Positions 20,557-30,096 of a stretch of 64,000 nucleotides of DNA are shown piece after piece. The stretch is from NCBI GenBank assembly GCA_949286525.1, contig CASECT010000046.1, positions 1,255-65,254 of the forward strand, given 5' to 3'. Source of the DNA: an uncultured Eubacteriales bacterium (GTDB lineage: Bacteria; Bacillota; Clostridia; Lachnospirales; Lachnospiraceae). Made by a program: the position numbers and the translations under genes. Within the stretch, counting starts at the first letter, position 1, and each line of letters opens with the position of its first letter. The notes below the pieces were generated by a model. That model was not told where the DNA came from. It was given only the letters and a program-made list of their open reading frames with translations, and ran no database searches.

Positions 20557-20592
20557 CCTTTCCTATGTATGCATACATCCTGCCGCGCAGTT

Positions 20593-21378
20593 CTACCGCA
20601 GCTTATGATCCAATCTGATTTTATCTGTAATCAAAGCGATAAATTCTGAATTGGTAGGTTTTCCCTTCCCATGATTGATGGTATATCCGAACAATTCATC
20701 AATCGTATCCATCTTTCCTCTGCTCCAAGCCACTTCGATGGCATGGCGGATCGCCCGCTCCACTCGACTGGTTGTCGTATTGTACTTTTTGGCAATAGTA
20801 GGGTAAAGTACCTTGGTTATAGAATTGAGCATATCCATGTCCAGCACCGACATGATGATGGCATCTCGAAGATACTGATATCCCTTAATGTGGGCGGGAA
20901 CGCCGATCTCATGAATCATATTGGTAACATCCGCCTCCAGGGCCAGTTCATAGGGGATTTCTTTCTCCAGCGTCTGGCCCTTTTTTTCTCTGTCCGCTCG
21001 TCCCATACCGGTGCGTTTGATATAGCTGATAACCGCATTCCTGTCAAAGGGCTTCATGATATAATAATCCGCGCCCAGCGCAAAAGCATCCTCCGTTACC
21101 TGCTCCCCGCCCGCCGCGCTTACCATGATAAAGCATGGTGTCTTCTTGATGGCATTATCCTCCCTGACACGGTGCAGCACACCGAGGCCATCCACCTTCG
21201 GCATGATAACATCCAGAAGTACCACATCCGGCTGTTTATCCCTGATCAGCTCGTAGGCCTCCTCTCCATCCTTTGCCGTCCCGATCACGTTCAGATCCTC
21301 ATCCGACTCCACAATGTCATCCAGCATTTTCAGCATCATATCGTTGTCATCCGCAATCGCTACCTTGAGTTTTTCCAT
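20593..21378 (-). CDS. spo0A: Sporulation master regulator Spo0A
   Basis: Receiver LLDVIMP; [38 protein letters not shown]. Confidence 0.97.
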   Translation of the reverse strand: MEKLKVAIADDNDMMLKMLDDIVESDEDLNVIGTAKDGEEAYELIRDKQPDVVLLDVIMPKVDGLGVLHRVREDNAIKKTPCFIMVSAAGGEQVTEDAFALGADYYIMKPFDRNAVISYIKRTGMGRADREKKGQTLEKEIPYELALEADVTNMIHEIGVPAHIKGYQYLRDAIIMSVLDMDMLNSITKVLYPTIAKKYNTTTSRVERAIRHAIEVAWSRGKMDTIDELFGYTINHGKGKPTNSEFIALITDKIRLDHKLR

Positions 21379-21547
21379 ATCTCCCTCCTCGAAACATTTT
21401 CCATCAGATTTTGAAACCTTGCACAATTGAATCACTTTTTCTCCCCTTCGGCAATGCCGCAAGGACGCAACTTGCGACATAGAAAAACTGATTTTTTCTT
21501 GTCGGGCTTTCTTTTGCCTATTCTAATGTAAATTATGCGAGAAAATG

Positions 21548-21563
21548 CTCGACAGCTGTCGAA
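21548..21563. promoter_or_regulatory. Inverted pair of Spo0A (0A) boxes upstream of spo0A
   Basis: CTCGACA-GC-TGTCGAA; perfect TGTCGAA at 21557-21563. Confidence 0.6.
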
Positions 21564-21574
21564 AAGACAGAACA

Positions 21575-21734
21575 TTTGAGACATGCTGCACCTCGATTCC
21601 GCTTCGCTTCATCTTCGTTTCGCCTGTCACTTCCTTTGAGACATGCTGCACCTCGATTCCGCTTCGCTTCATCTTCGTTTCGCCTGTCACTTCCTTTGAG
21701 ACATGCTGCACCTCGATTCCGCTTCGCTTCATCT
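21575..21734. repeat. Perfect 60-bp tandem repeat, 2.67 copies
   Basis: Unit TTTGAGACATGCTGCACCTCGATTCCGCTTCGCTTCATCTTCGTTTCGCCTGTCACTTCC at 21575 and 21635; 40-bp partial copy at 21695. Confidence 0.97.
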
Positions 21735-21758
21735 CGGTGTATGGCTTTCGCCATATAT

Positions 21759-21824
21759 CAGGAAGAGGGGATGGCCGTCAGCCGAAAAGCGAGCTTTTCT
21801 TCTGACGGCCATCCCCTCTTCCTG
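21759..21824. repeat. 23-bp perfect inverted repeat downstream of spoIVB
   Basis: CAGGAAGAGGGGATGGCCGTCAG / CTGACGGCCATCCCCTCTTCCTG enclosing GAAAAGC-GA-GCTTTTC. Confidence 0.9.
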
Positions 21825-21833
21825 CTGCATGTC

Positions 21834-23048
21834 TCAATGCTGAAGCATGTCTTCGATAAAAATTCCATAACCTCTGGAAGGATCGTTGACGAAGACGTGG
21901 GTTACCGCGCCGATGATTTTTCCGTTCTGAATAATTGGCGCACCGCTCATTCCCTGAACAATCCCGCCGGTGGCCTCCATCAGCTTCGGATCATCCACAT
22001 GAAAGACAAAGGATTTGTTCTTCTCCTTCGCGTGATAATCAATCTGGTCGATAGCGATATGATAAGCACGCACTTCCCCGTCCACGGCGAAGAGAATGAC
22101 CGCCTCATCCTTCTCAATCTCCTGCTTGTATCCCACCGGATATTCCCGGTAATACCATCGTTGAGAAGAAGGGATGTTCAGCATTCCATAGACTCCCACA
22201 TCCAAATTGCGCTCGATGACTCCGATCTGATTTTTCAGCCCGTAGGATATGGCTCCCGTTACCTCTCCCGGCTCGCCCACTGCGCTTTTGGATATTTCCA
22301 ACACGGTGGTGTGGTACAGATATCCCTGTCCCATGGCCAGCATCTGACCGGTATCCGAATCGCTGATTCCATGTCCCAGCGCTCCGAAGGAACCGTTTTC
22401 ATCAAAATAGGTCATAGTACCGACACCGGCCAGATCATCCTTTACCCAGATCCCCAGCTGATAGAGTCCGCTGGAAACTTCCACCGGCTGTACCGCAGCC
22501 TCGATGGTCTCCCCGTCCCGCTGCAGCAGCAGCTTTACCTTCTCGCCGCCGCTCTCCTGAACCAGCTCGCCGATCTGTTCTTTAGAGGTAATCTCTGTAT
22601 CATTGATGCTCAATATATAATCGCCCGGCTGCACTATGTTTTTTCCCGGCTCAGACCGGACTCCCTCCAGGTTAGACAGCTCCTTCGTTCCCACCACCAG
22701 GACATGATTCATCTTCATATAAATTCCCACCGGCATTCCCACTGCGTAAAGGCTCTGTTCTTCAGCCTGCACCACTTCCACCTTCTTGAGGGGTATCAGG
22801 CCAAGCAGTCTACACTGATAGGTCTGTCTTGCACCGGAAGCCTGCACTTCACTGGATACTTCCATATTCCCGGATCCCTTTACCGGCTTCAGTGTAGCCG
22901 GAATATCCAGTTCCGTTTCCTCTCCACTGCCTGTCACAGTAATCTCATCGGGAATATACGCATACAACAGCCCTGCCGCAAAGAAGAGGTATGCCGTAGC
23001 AGCAGCGGCGAACAGTTTTCTTCGATTTCTGACCAGACGATTTCTCAA
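21834..23048 (-). CDS. spoIVB: SpoIVB serine peptidase (S55) with PDZ domain
   Basis: GVGTMTY, FGALGHGISD, GGIVQGMSGAPIIQNGKIIGAVTHVF; probable TTG start after AAGGAGG. Confidence 0.93.
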   Translation of the reverse strand: MRNRLVRNRRKLFAAAATAYLFFAAGLLYAYIPDEITVTGSGEETELDIPATLKPVKGSGNMEVSSEVQASGARQTYQCRLLGLIPLKKVEVVQAEEQSLYAVGMPVGIYMKMNHVLVVGTKELSNLEGVRSEPGKNIVQPGDYILSINDTEITSKEQIGELVQESGGEKVKLLLQRDGETIEAAVQPVEVSSGLYQLGIWVKDDLAGVGTMTYFDENGSFGALGHGISDSDTGQMLAMGQGYLYHTTVLEISKSAVGEPGEVTGAISYGLKNQIGVIERNLDVGVYGMLNIPSSQRWYYREYPVGYKQEIEKDEAVILFAVDGEVRAYHIAIDQIDYHAKEKNKSFVFHVDDPKLMEATGGIVQGMSGAPIIQNGKIIGAVTHVFVNDPSRGYGIFIEDMLQH

Positions 23049-23122
23049 GATCTTTCCTCCTTCCCATACCGGGTGCCAAAACCGCGCCAATCCGCATTCC
23101 GATATCGCGGTCCCGACATTTG

Positions 23123-23155
23123 AAAAAAGAATCCCGCAGTGCAGGATTCTTTTTT
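23123..23155 (-). terminator. Terminator after recN
   Basis: AAAAAAGAATCC...GGATTCTTTTTT. Confidence 0.7.
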
Positions 23156-23183
23156 AGTATGGTTCTTTCGGGAAAAAATACTC

Positions 23184-24860
23184 TTATTTCTGTTTCTTAT
23201 GATCTGCTAAATTTTTCATCTCCTCCGCGTTTTCCAGAACTTTCTCGGTAATCTCGGTGCCGCCCAGCATACGTGCCAGTTCCCGGATACTTCCCTCCCT
23301 GGAAAGCCGGGAAATGCGGGATACGGTGGCGCCGTTCTCCACCTGCTTTTCAATGAGAAAATGCCGATCCGCCATAGCCGCGATCTGGGGAAGGTGCGTA
23401 ATACAAACCACCTGATGATCTCCGGCCACCACCGAAAGCTTCTCAGAGACAGCCTGCGCCGTCCGGCCACTGATCCCGCTGTCAATCTCATCAAAAATCA
23501 GCGTATCGATGGTATCGTTCTCGGCCAGTACCGTCTTCATCGCCAGCATAATACGGGACATCTCGCCACCGGAAGCAATACTCTTCAGTGGTTTTAAAGG
23601 TTCGCCCGGATTGGTGCTGATCATGAATTCCCCGTCGTCAGTACCGTTTGACGTATAGTGATCCGTCTGTTCAAACTGCATATCAAAAGATACATCCAGA
23701 AAATTCAGATCCCGCAGCGCAGTCTCCACCGTCTTTACCAGACGGGAGGCATACTTTTTTCTGACATCAGACAGCTGGCTGCAGGCTTCCCCAAGCTGCT
23801 CTTCCCGCCGTTCCGTCTCCGCCCTGAGATCTGCCACATAATCTTCATAGGAGGAGAGCTGTTCCATTCTCTGTCTCTTTGTCTCGCAGGCAACAAGAAT
23901 TTCCTCTATGGTATTGCCATATTTCTCCTTCAGCCGGTTGATCTCATCCAGCCGCGCCTCTGTCTCGGCAAAAGATCTCTCGTCGAAGGCCTCGCTCTCC
24001 TGATATTCGGAAAGTTCCCGGTTCAGGTCGTTCAACAGTCCGTCGATATCCGTCAGCATACTCATAAAGCCTCCCAGCCGCTCATCATAGCTTTCCGCTC
24101 CCGAGAGAGCGCGGATCGCGCGGCCGATCTGATCGGAAGCTCCATCCATTCCCCCGGTCTGCTGGTAGGCTCCGCTTACCGCTTCCAGAATCTTCTTTCC
24201 GTTACTCTGTCGCCGATACTCCCGCTCCAAAACCTCATCCTCTCCCGCCGACAGTCCCGCGGCCTCGATCTCCTCTGTCTCATGTTCCAGAAAGGACAGT
24301 TCTCTAGCTCTCTCCCGGTCGTCCATTCCGGCCTCATCCAGCTCCTTTTTCTTCTCCCGGTACGCCGTAAACGCCGCCCGCACCTGCTCCTTGATGGGAT
24401 CGATCTCGGCCTTCCCGTAAGTGTCCAGCAGCTCCATGTGCTTTTTCTTCTGGGTCAGAGACTGATGCTCCTGCTGCCCGTAAATATCCAGCAACACAGT
24501 TCCCGCCTGCTTCAGCTTTGCGGCTGGAACTGTCTCCCCGTTGATCCTGGCCACCGTCCGGGTCTCGGTAATACGTCGGGAGAGAATAACCTCATCCTCA
24601 TAGACCGGAAGATCCATCTCCTCCAGCAGTTTTCGCTGCCGCTCATCCCGGATGGAAAATACCGCTTCCACCACTGCGTCTTCGGACTCATCCCGGAGCA
24701 TCTCCTTTGCCACCCTGCCGCCCAGGGCCAGATGCAGCGCCCCGAGCAGGATGGATTTCCCGGCTCCGGTCTCTCCGGACAAAATATTCAGCCCCTTACC
24801 AAAGACAATCTCTGTCTCGTCGATCAAGGCAAGGTTTTTTACATGCAGGTTCTCTAACAT
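23184..24860 (-). CDS. recN: DNA repair protein RecN
   Basis: GETGAGKS, ASGGEMSR, IFDEIDSG, ITHLPQIAA. Confidence 0.96.
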   Translation of the reverse strand: MLENLHVKNLALIDETEIVFGKGLNILSGETGAGKSILLGALHLALGGRVAKEMLRDESEDAVVEAVFSIRDERQRKLLEEMDLPVYEDEVILSRRITETRTVARINGETVPAAKLKQAGTVLLDIYGQQEHQSLTQKKKHMELLDTYGKAEIDPIKEQVRAAFTAYREKKKELDEAGMDDRERARELSFLEHETEEIEAAGLSAGEDEVLEREYRRQSNGKKILEAVSGAYQQTGGMDGASDQIGRAIRALSGAESYDERLGGFMSMLTDIDGLLNDLNRELSEYQESEAFDERSFAETEARLDEINRLKEKYGNTIEEILVACETKRQRMEQLSSYEDYVADLRAETERREEQLGEACSQLSDVRKKYASRLVKTVETALRDLNFLDVSFDMQFEQTDHYTSNGTDDGEFMISTNPGEPLKPLKSIASGGEMSRIMLAMKTVLAENDTIDTLIFDEIDSGISGRTAQAVSEKLSVVAGDHQVVCITHLPQIAAMADRHFLIEKQVENGATVSRISRLSREGSIRELARMLGGTEITEKVLENAEEMKNLADHKKQK

Positions 24861-24885
24861 AGCAACTCCTCTTCCGCAGTCTGTA

Positions 24886-25347
24886 TCAATCGTCCCCAGC
24901 AATCATTCTCCGGAGACGTTCCATGATTTTTACCGTATCCTCCACACTGCGCACCGCGCACATGATGGTATCGTCCCCGGCGATACTCCCCACAATCTCC
25001 TGAAATTCCATGTGGTCCAGCGCCGCTGCCACGGCCATCGCCATGCCGGACACGGTCTTGATGACCAGGATATTCTGGGCGTTATCCATAGACAGGAAAC
25101 CGTCCCGGAAAATCCGGATATATTTTTCCGACAGATTCTGAGGTGTCTCCCGGTAGGCCACATAGCGCTGTTTTCCGTCGGACATGGCCACTTTTGTCAG
25201 CTTCATCTCACGGATATCTCGGGATACCGTCGCCTGAGTAGCCACAAATCCGGCCCGCTCCAGCTCCTCTGTCAACTCCTCCTGTGTCCCAATCTGTCTG
25301 GTCGAGATCAGTTCCAATATTTTTTCCTGACGCTCTCTTTTCATCAA
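24886..25347 (-). CDS. argR: Arginine repressor
   Basis: TQEEL, ATQATVSRD, GSIAGDDT. Confidence 0.95.
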   Translation of the reverse strand: MMKRERQEKILELISTRQIGTQEELTEELERAGFVATQATVSRDIREMKLTKVAMSDGKQRYVAYRETPQNLSEKYIRIFRDGFLSMDNAQNILVIKTVSGMAMAVAAALDHMEFQEIVGSIAGDDTIMCAVRSVEDTVKIMERLRRMIAGDD

Positions 25348-25363
25348 ACTGTCCTTCTTTCTA

Positions 25364-26209
25364 TCAATTCTCTCTCATCCGGATCCTGATTCTCTCAAGA
25401 AAACTGATGTTGCTGAACTGGATCATCCGGGTCTTCTGCTTCGCCTTTCGCACTGTCAGCCGCTCCCCGGGCCGCAACATCATCTTATGGCTGCCGTCAA
25501 AACGCACCTCCGCCGTCTCTATGATATCCTTCCTCCTGGGCGTGATCTCCACAACAACCTCATCGGAGGAATCCAACACAATGCTTCTTGAATTCAGAGT
25601 ATGGGGATTAATCGGCGTAAGTAGAATCAGATTTGTCTTTGGATTCACGATCGGACCGTTGGCAGAAAGATTGTAGGCGGTGGAACCTGTCGGGGTGGAA
25701 AAAATCATACCGTCACAGTTGTAAGAGTAGAGATGTTCTCCGTTTACATAGACGGTCAGCTGCATAATCTGAAGCCCGGCGCTGCAGGAGAGCACTACAT
25801 CGTTGAGGGCCTGGGTTTCGGCGCTCCTTTCCCCCGGACCGGCAATGCTGCCCGAAAGCATCATCCGCTCCTCCACCTGATAACGGTCGGCAAAGAGATC
25901 GTCCACCGCGTCAAATACATTATCCCGGTCCAGCTCACACAGATACCCCAGATGTCCGCAGTTTACGCCAAGCAGCGGAATATTGCTGCCGAAAGTATTC
26001 TGAGCCGCCCGTATCAGCGTGCCGTCGCCGCCCACCGTGAGAATACACTGGGTTCCCTCCGGCACCGCGATCTCCGCCGGCTGGCCATCCTCGGGGTTGT
26101 GGGCGTAGCTGCAGACGCCTCCTTTCCGCTGAATGTACTGTGTCAGACGCCGAATCAGTTCCCTGCGGCTCTCATCTTCATTTCTGGAAATAATAAAAAA
26201 ATGCTTCAC
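25364..26209 (-). CDS. nadK: NAD kinase
   Basis: GGDGT, GHLGYL, LNDVV, STPTGSTAYNLSANGP. Confidence 0.93.
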   Translation of the reverse strand: MKHFFIISRNEDESRRELIRRLTQYIQRKGGVCSYAHNPEDGQPAEIAVPEGTQCILTVGGDGTLIRAAQNTFGSNIPLLGVNCGHLGYLCELDRDNVFDAVDDLFADRYQVEERMMLSGSIAGPGERSAETQALNDVVLSCSAGLQIMQLTVYVNGEHLYSYNCDGMIFSTPTGSTAYNLSANGPIVNPKTNLILLTPINPHTLNSRSIVLDSSDEVVVEITPRRKDIIETAEVRFDGSHKMMLRPGERLTVRKAKQKTRMIQFSNISFLERIRIRMREN

Positions 26210-26210
26210 A

Positions 26211-27014
26211 CTACTTATCCAGCGCCTCGTGTGCTGCGCTTACCACAGCCGCCACGTCCGCCGTCTCCTCACTTTCCGGTAATTTGTCGTTGGCAAGATG
26301 CACGAGATACTCTATATTCCCCTCGGGGCCCTTGACCGGAGAATAGGTAAGATGCAGCACCCGAAAGTCCAGTCCCCTGGCGTAATCGATAACCTTCCCG
26401 ATCACTTCCCGGTGCGTGCTCTGCTCCCGAACGACCCCCTTCTTTCCCACTTTATCCTTTCCCGCCTCAAACTGAGGCTTGATCAGGCATACCATCTCAG
26501 CCCCATCCTTCAGCAGAGCCTTCGCCGGCTCTAAAACCTTTGTCAGGGAAATAAAGGACACATCCACAGAGGCAAAATCCAGCGGTTCGCCGATCTGATC
26601 CGGCGTCACATACCGGATATTCGTCTTCTCCATACAGACCACCCGGGGATCCTGCCGCAGCTTCCAGGCAAACTGCCCGTATCCCACATCCACCGCGTAC
26701 ACCTTTATCGCGCCATTTTGCAGCATACAGTCCGTAAAACCTCCGGTGGAAGCTCCGATATCCATGCAGACGCATCCGGCGAGATTCAGGCCGAAGGCCT
26801 CCATGGCCTTCTCCAGCTTCAGACCGCCCCGGCTCACATACCGAAGGGTATTTCCCCGAACCTCAATCTTCGCCTCCACGTCAAAAAAGCTTCCGGCTTT
26901 GTCCTCCCGCTGCTGATCCACGAATACATTTCCTTCCATAATCATGGTCTTCGCTTTCTCTCTGGAGGGCGCCAGCCCCCGCTGTACCAGCAGCACATCC
27001 AGTCTCTCTTTCAT
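26211..27014 (-). CDS. tlyA: TlyA-family rRNA 2'-O-methyltransferase
   Basis: S4 domain, YVSRGGLKL, DIGASTGGFTD, LIKPQFE, GPEGNIEY. Confidence 0.93.
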   Translation of the reverse strand: MKERLDVLLVQRGLAPSREKAKTMIMEGNVFVDQQREDKAGSFFDVEAKIEVRGNTLRYVSRGGLKLEKAMEAFGLNLAGCVCMDIGASTGGFTDCMLQNGAIKVYAVDVGYGQFAWKLRQDPRVVCMEKTNIRYVTPDQIGEPLDFASVDVSFISLTKVLEPAKALLKDGAEMVCLIKPQFEAGKDKVGKKGVVREQSTHREVIGKVIDYARGLDFRVLHLTYSPVKGPEGNIEYLVHLANDKLPESEETADVAAVVSAAHEALDK

Positions 27015-28888
27015 ACTCTGTCTCCCTGTATATCCTGCCATATCCCGGCAATGCGCCCGGCGATGGATTCCGCGTCTATTCCGAGTTTTCTCTTGAGAAT
27101 ATCAATGCTTCCCTGGGGAACAAAGGCATCCGGGATGGCAATCCGAAGGATCTTTCCTCCATATCCCAGGTCCGACAGATAACCGGTAACCTGCTCGCCC
27201 AGGCCTCCGATCTCCACGTTCTCCTCCAGCGTGACAATACAGCCATACCGGTCAGCGGCAGCTTTCAGATATTCCATGTCAAAGGGTTTCGCGAATCTGG
27301 CGTTGACCAGTCCCGCGGAGATTCCCTGCTCTTTCAGTATTTTTCTGACTTCCACCGCTTCGGCCACCATACTTCCCAGAGCAAAGAGCAGAACATCCTT
27401 ACCCTCCGCAATAACCTCACAGCGCCCCAGGGAGATGGAATCTCTGTACTCTTCCAAGCCTGTCCAAGCCTCTCCCTTGGGATAGCGCATGGCGATGGGG
27501 CCGTCAAAGTGAACAGCGAACTTCAGCATATCCGAAAGTTCCCACTTATTTTTCGGTGCCATAATCGTCATGTTGGGTATGGTGGACAGGTAGGAAATGT
27601 CAAACACGCCCTGATGGGTCTCCCCGTCGCTTCCCACCAGTCCCGCCCGGTCAATGGAAAAGACCACCGGCAGTTTCTGAATACAGACATCGTGCAATAC
27701 CTGATCGTACGCCCGCTGCAGGAAGGAGGAGTAGACCGCCACCACCGGGCGTCTCCCTCCTGCCGCCAGAGCCGCCGCAAAGGTAACCGCGTGTTCCTCT
27801 GCGATACCCACGTCGAAAAAACGCTCCGGAAACATATTGTGAAAACGCTTCAGACCGGTTCCCGTCTCCATGGCGGCCGTGACCGCCACCACCTTCTCCT
27901 CCCGGTCTCCCATTTTCCGCATAACAGTAGAAAAAATATCCGTATAAGTAGGTTTCCCGTTTTTGACCGGCAGGCCGCTTTTGATCTCAAAAGGCGCCGT
28001 CCCATGAAACCGGGCCGGATGCCGCTCCGCCGGCGGATAGCCGTATCCCTTCTTCGTCATCACATGGACCAGCACCGGTCCCTGCACCTGCATGGCCTCC
28101 CGCAGTACGCGAACCAGCGCTCCGATGTCATGGCCGTCCACAGGTCCCAGATACATAATTCCCATGTCCTCGAAAATCATGCCGGGAATGACCAGCTGCT
28201 TGATGCCGCTCTTGGTTTTTCGGATATTGTCCACAATCCGCTGTCCATATACCGGAATACGCTCCAGCGACTGGGTAACCCCCTCCTTCAGTCCGGTATA
28301 GTTGTCGCTGGTGCGCAATTTGGACAATGCCCGGGACAATCCTCCCACATTCTCCGAAATGGACATGTTGTTATCGTTCAGCACAATGATAAAATTCTTT
28401 TTCAGCCGGGACGCATTATTCATCGCTTCATAAGCCATCCCTCCCGTGAGGGCTCCGTCGCCGATGACTGAAATCACATGATAATCCTCCCCGGACAGTT
28501 CCCTGGCCCAGGCGTACCCAAGCCCCGCTGAAATAGACGTAGAACTGTGGCCGGTATCAAAGGAATCACAGGGACTCTCTGCGCGTTTTGGAAATCCGCT
28601 CATCCCGCCGTAAGTGCGCAGCGTATCAAAGCCGTCTTTTCGGCCCGTTAGAATCTTATGGGTGTAGGACTGATGCCCCACATCCCAGATCAGCTTGTCC
28701 TGGGGAAAATCACAGACCAAATGGAGCGCCATAGTCAGCTCCACAACACCCAGATTGGATGCCAGATGCCCCCCTGTAACCGAAAGTTTTTCGATCAAGA
28801 AGCGCCGTATCTCTCTGCGGAGTGTCTGCAGTTCTTCCGGTGTCAGTTTCTTTATATCATTCCACTGTTGTATCTTATCCAATACCAT
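27011..28888 (-). CDS. dxs: 1-deoxy-D-xylulose-5-phosphate synthase
   Basis: GGHLASNLG, WDVGHQ, GDGALTGG, DVGIAEEHAV, IDRAG. Confidence 0.97.
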   Translation of the reverse strand: MVLDKIQQWNDIKKLTPEELQTLRREIRRFLIEKLSVTGGHLASNLGVVELTMALHLVCDFPQDKLIWDVGHQSYTHKILTGRKDGFDTLRTYGGMSGFPKRAESPCDSFDTGHSSTSISAGLGYAWARELSGEDYHVISVIGDGALTGGMAYEAMNNASRLKKNFIIVLNDNNMSISENVGGLSRALSKLRTSDNYTGLKEGVTQSLERIPVYGQRIVDNIRKTKSGIKQLVIPGMIFEDMGIMYLGPVDGHDIGALVRVLREAMQVQGPVLVHVMTKKGYGYPPAERHPARFHGTAPFEIKSGLPVKNGKPTYTDIFSTVMRKMGDREEKVVAVTAAMETGTGLKRFHNMFPERFFDVGIAEEHAVTFAAALAAGGRRPVVAVYSSFLQRAYDQVLHDVCIQKLPVVFSIDRAGLVGSDGETHQGVFDISYLSTIPNMTIMAPKNKWELSDMLKFAVHFDGPIAMRYPKGEAWTGLEEYRDSISLGRCEVIAEGKDVLLFALGSMVAEAVEVRKILKEQGISAGLVNARFAKPFDMEYLKAAADRYGCIVTLEENVEIGGLGEQVTGYLSDLGYGGKILRIAIPDAFVPQGSIDILKRKLGIDAESIAGRIAGIWQDIQGDRV

Positions 28889-28899
28889 AGTATCTTCCC

Positions 28900-29790
28900 C
28901 TATCTGTCCCGATGAATCAGCCAGCCCAAAAGCCCCTCCAAAAACCGGCTGTCGCCCGGAAGATTTTTCAGCTGTTCAATCGCTTCCTCGGAAAGCCTCT
29001 GCACATCCTCCCGGGACTTCTCCAATCCCTCGAAAACCACATAGGTGGCCTTCTGATTCTTCTCGTCACTCCCCACCGGCTTGCCAAGCACCGCCTCATC
29101 TCCGGCCACATCCAGAATGTCATCCTGGATCTGGAACGCCAGCCCCACTTTCCCGGCAATGTTCTCCACAGCCGCCGTCTCCTCCTCTGAGGCGCCTGCC
29201 AGCACCGCCCCGATCATCATGGAAGCTTCGATCAATGCCCCGGTTTTGAGCTCATAGATGAAATCCAGCCGCTCCCGGGAGATATCCTCCATCTGCTCGG
29301 ACTCCACGTCCACAACCTGGCCGCCCAGCATACCGTAAACACCGGACTTGCCGGTCAGAAGTTTCAGCGCCCTCGGGATCCCGGGATTGCCCGGCTCCAG
29401 ATCAAAGGCCGTCAGGGCCGTCTCAAAAGCATAATTCTGAAGAGCGTCCCCCGCCAGAATTCCCATGGCCTCCCCGTACACCGCGTGGGTGGTGGGTTTG
29501 CCCCGGCGCAGCATGTCATTGTCCATGGCCGGCAGATCGTCGTGTACCAGCGAATAGGTATGGATCATCTCGATGGCCGCCATAAAGGGTTCCACCAGCG
29601 TCCCCTCGCCCCCGAACAGGCGGTAGGTCTCCTGCATCAGCATAGGGCGCAGGCGCTTGCCTCCCGCCCGGACACTGTAATTCATCGCCTCAAAGATGGT
29701 TGCCTGATAGCCCTCCTCCCGGGGCAGATACTGCTCCAGGATTTTGTCAATTTCCTGCGCTTTTCGATTGATCTCTTCCTTCAGATTCAT
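28900..29790 (-). CDS. ispA: Polyprenyl (farnesyl) diphosphate synthase
   Basis: GGKRLRP, HDDLPAMDND, FQIQDDILD. Confidence 0.93.
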   Translation of the reverse strand: MNLKEEINRKAQEIDKILEQYLPREEGYQATIFEAMNYSVRAGGKRLRPMLMQETYRLFGGEGTLVEPFMAAIEMIHTYSLVHDDLPAMDNDMLRRGKPTTHAVYGEAMGILAGDALQNYAFETALTAFDLEPGNPGIPRALKLLTGKSGVYGMLGGQVVDVESEQMEDISRERLDFIYELKTGALIEASMMIGAVLAGASEEETAAVENIAGKVGLAFQIQDDILDVAGDEAVLGKPVGSDEKNQKATYVVFEGLEKSREDVQRLSEEAIEQLKNLPGDSRFLEGLLGWLIHRDR

Positions 29791-29793
29791 AGC

Positions 29794-30096
29794 TCACTCC
29801 TCATCCAGCGGTTTCAGCTGACCGTCCTCGTCCAGCTTCATTACTTTTTTCTCCACCCTTGAAATCCTCTCGTTGCAGAATTTCAGCAGCTTCATCCCTT
29901 CCTCATACAGCCCAAAGGACTCCTCCAACGGAATATCTCTGGATTCCATCTTCCGGAGGATCTCCTCGATTTTCTCAAAGCCCTCTTCCACTGTCATCTG
30001 ATCCATTGCCGCCTGATCCATTGCTGTCAGATCCTCTGATGTCTGATCTGTTGTTGTATGATCCGCAGTCATCGGTTTCTCATTCTTCTCTTCCAT
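29794..30096 (-). CDS. xseB: Exodeoxyribonuclease VII small subunit with repetitive N-terminal extension
   Basis: EEGFEKIEEILRKMES..LEESF.LYEEGMKL..C. Confidence 0.9.
   Translation of the reverse strand: MEEKNEKPMTADHTTTDQTSEDLTAMDQAAMDQMTVEEGFEKIEEILRKMESRDIPLEESFGLYEEGMKLLKFCNERISRVEKKVMKLDEDGQLKPLDEE

Noticed and set aside
21575-21734. Mini CRISPR array (40-bp repeats with 20-bp spacers)
   Set aside because: Both would-be spacers are identical, so it is a plain tandem repeat; no cas genes or leader
21523-21805. Short ORFs such as MKRSGIEVQHVSK repeats
   Set aside because: By-products of a stop-free 60-bp repeat; no convincing RBS
26211-27014. tlyA as a hemolysin or virulence gene
   Set aside because: Standard rRNA methyltransferase in the conserved dxs-tlyA-nadK-argR-recN block
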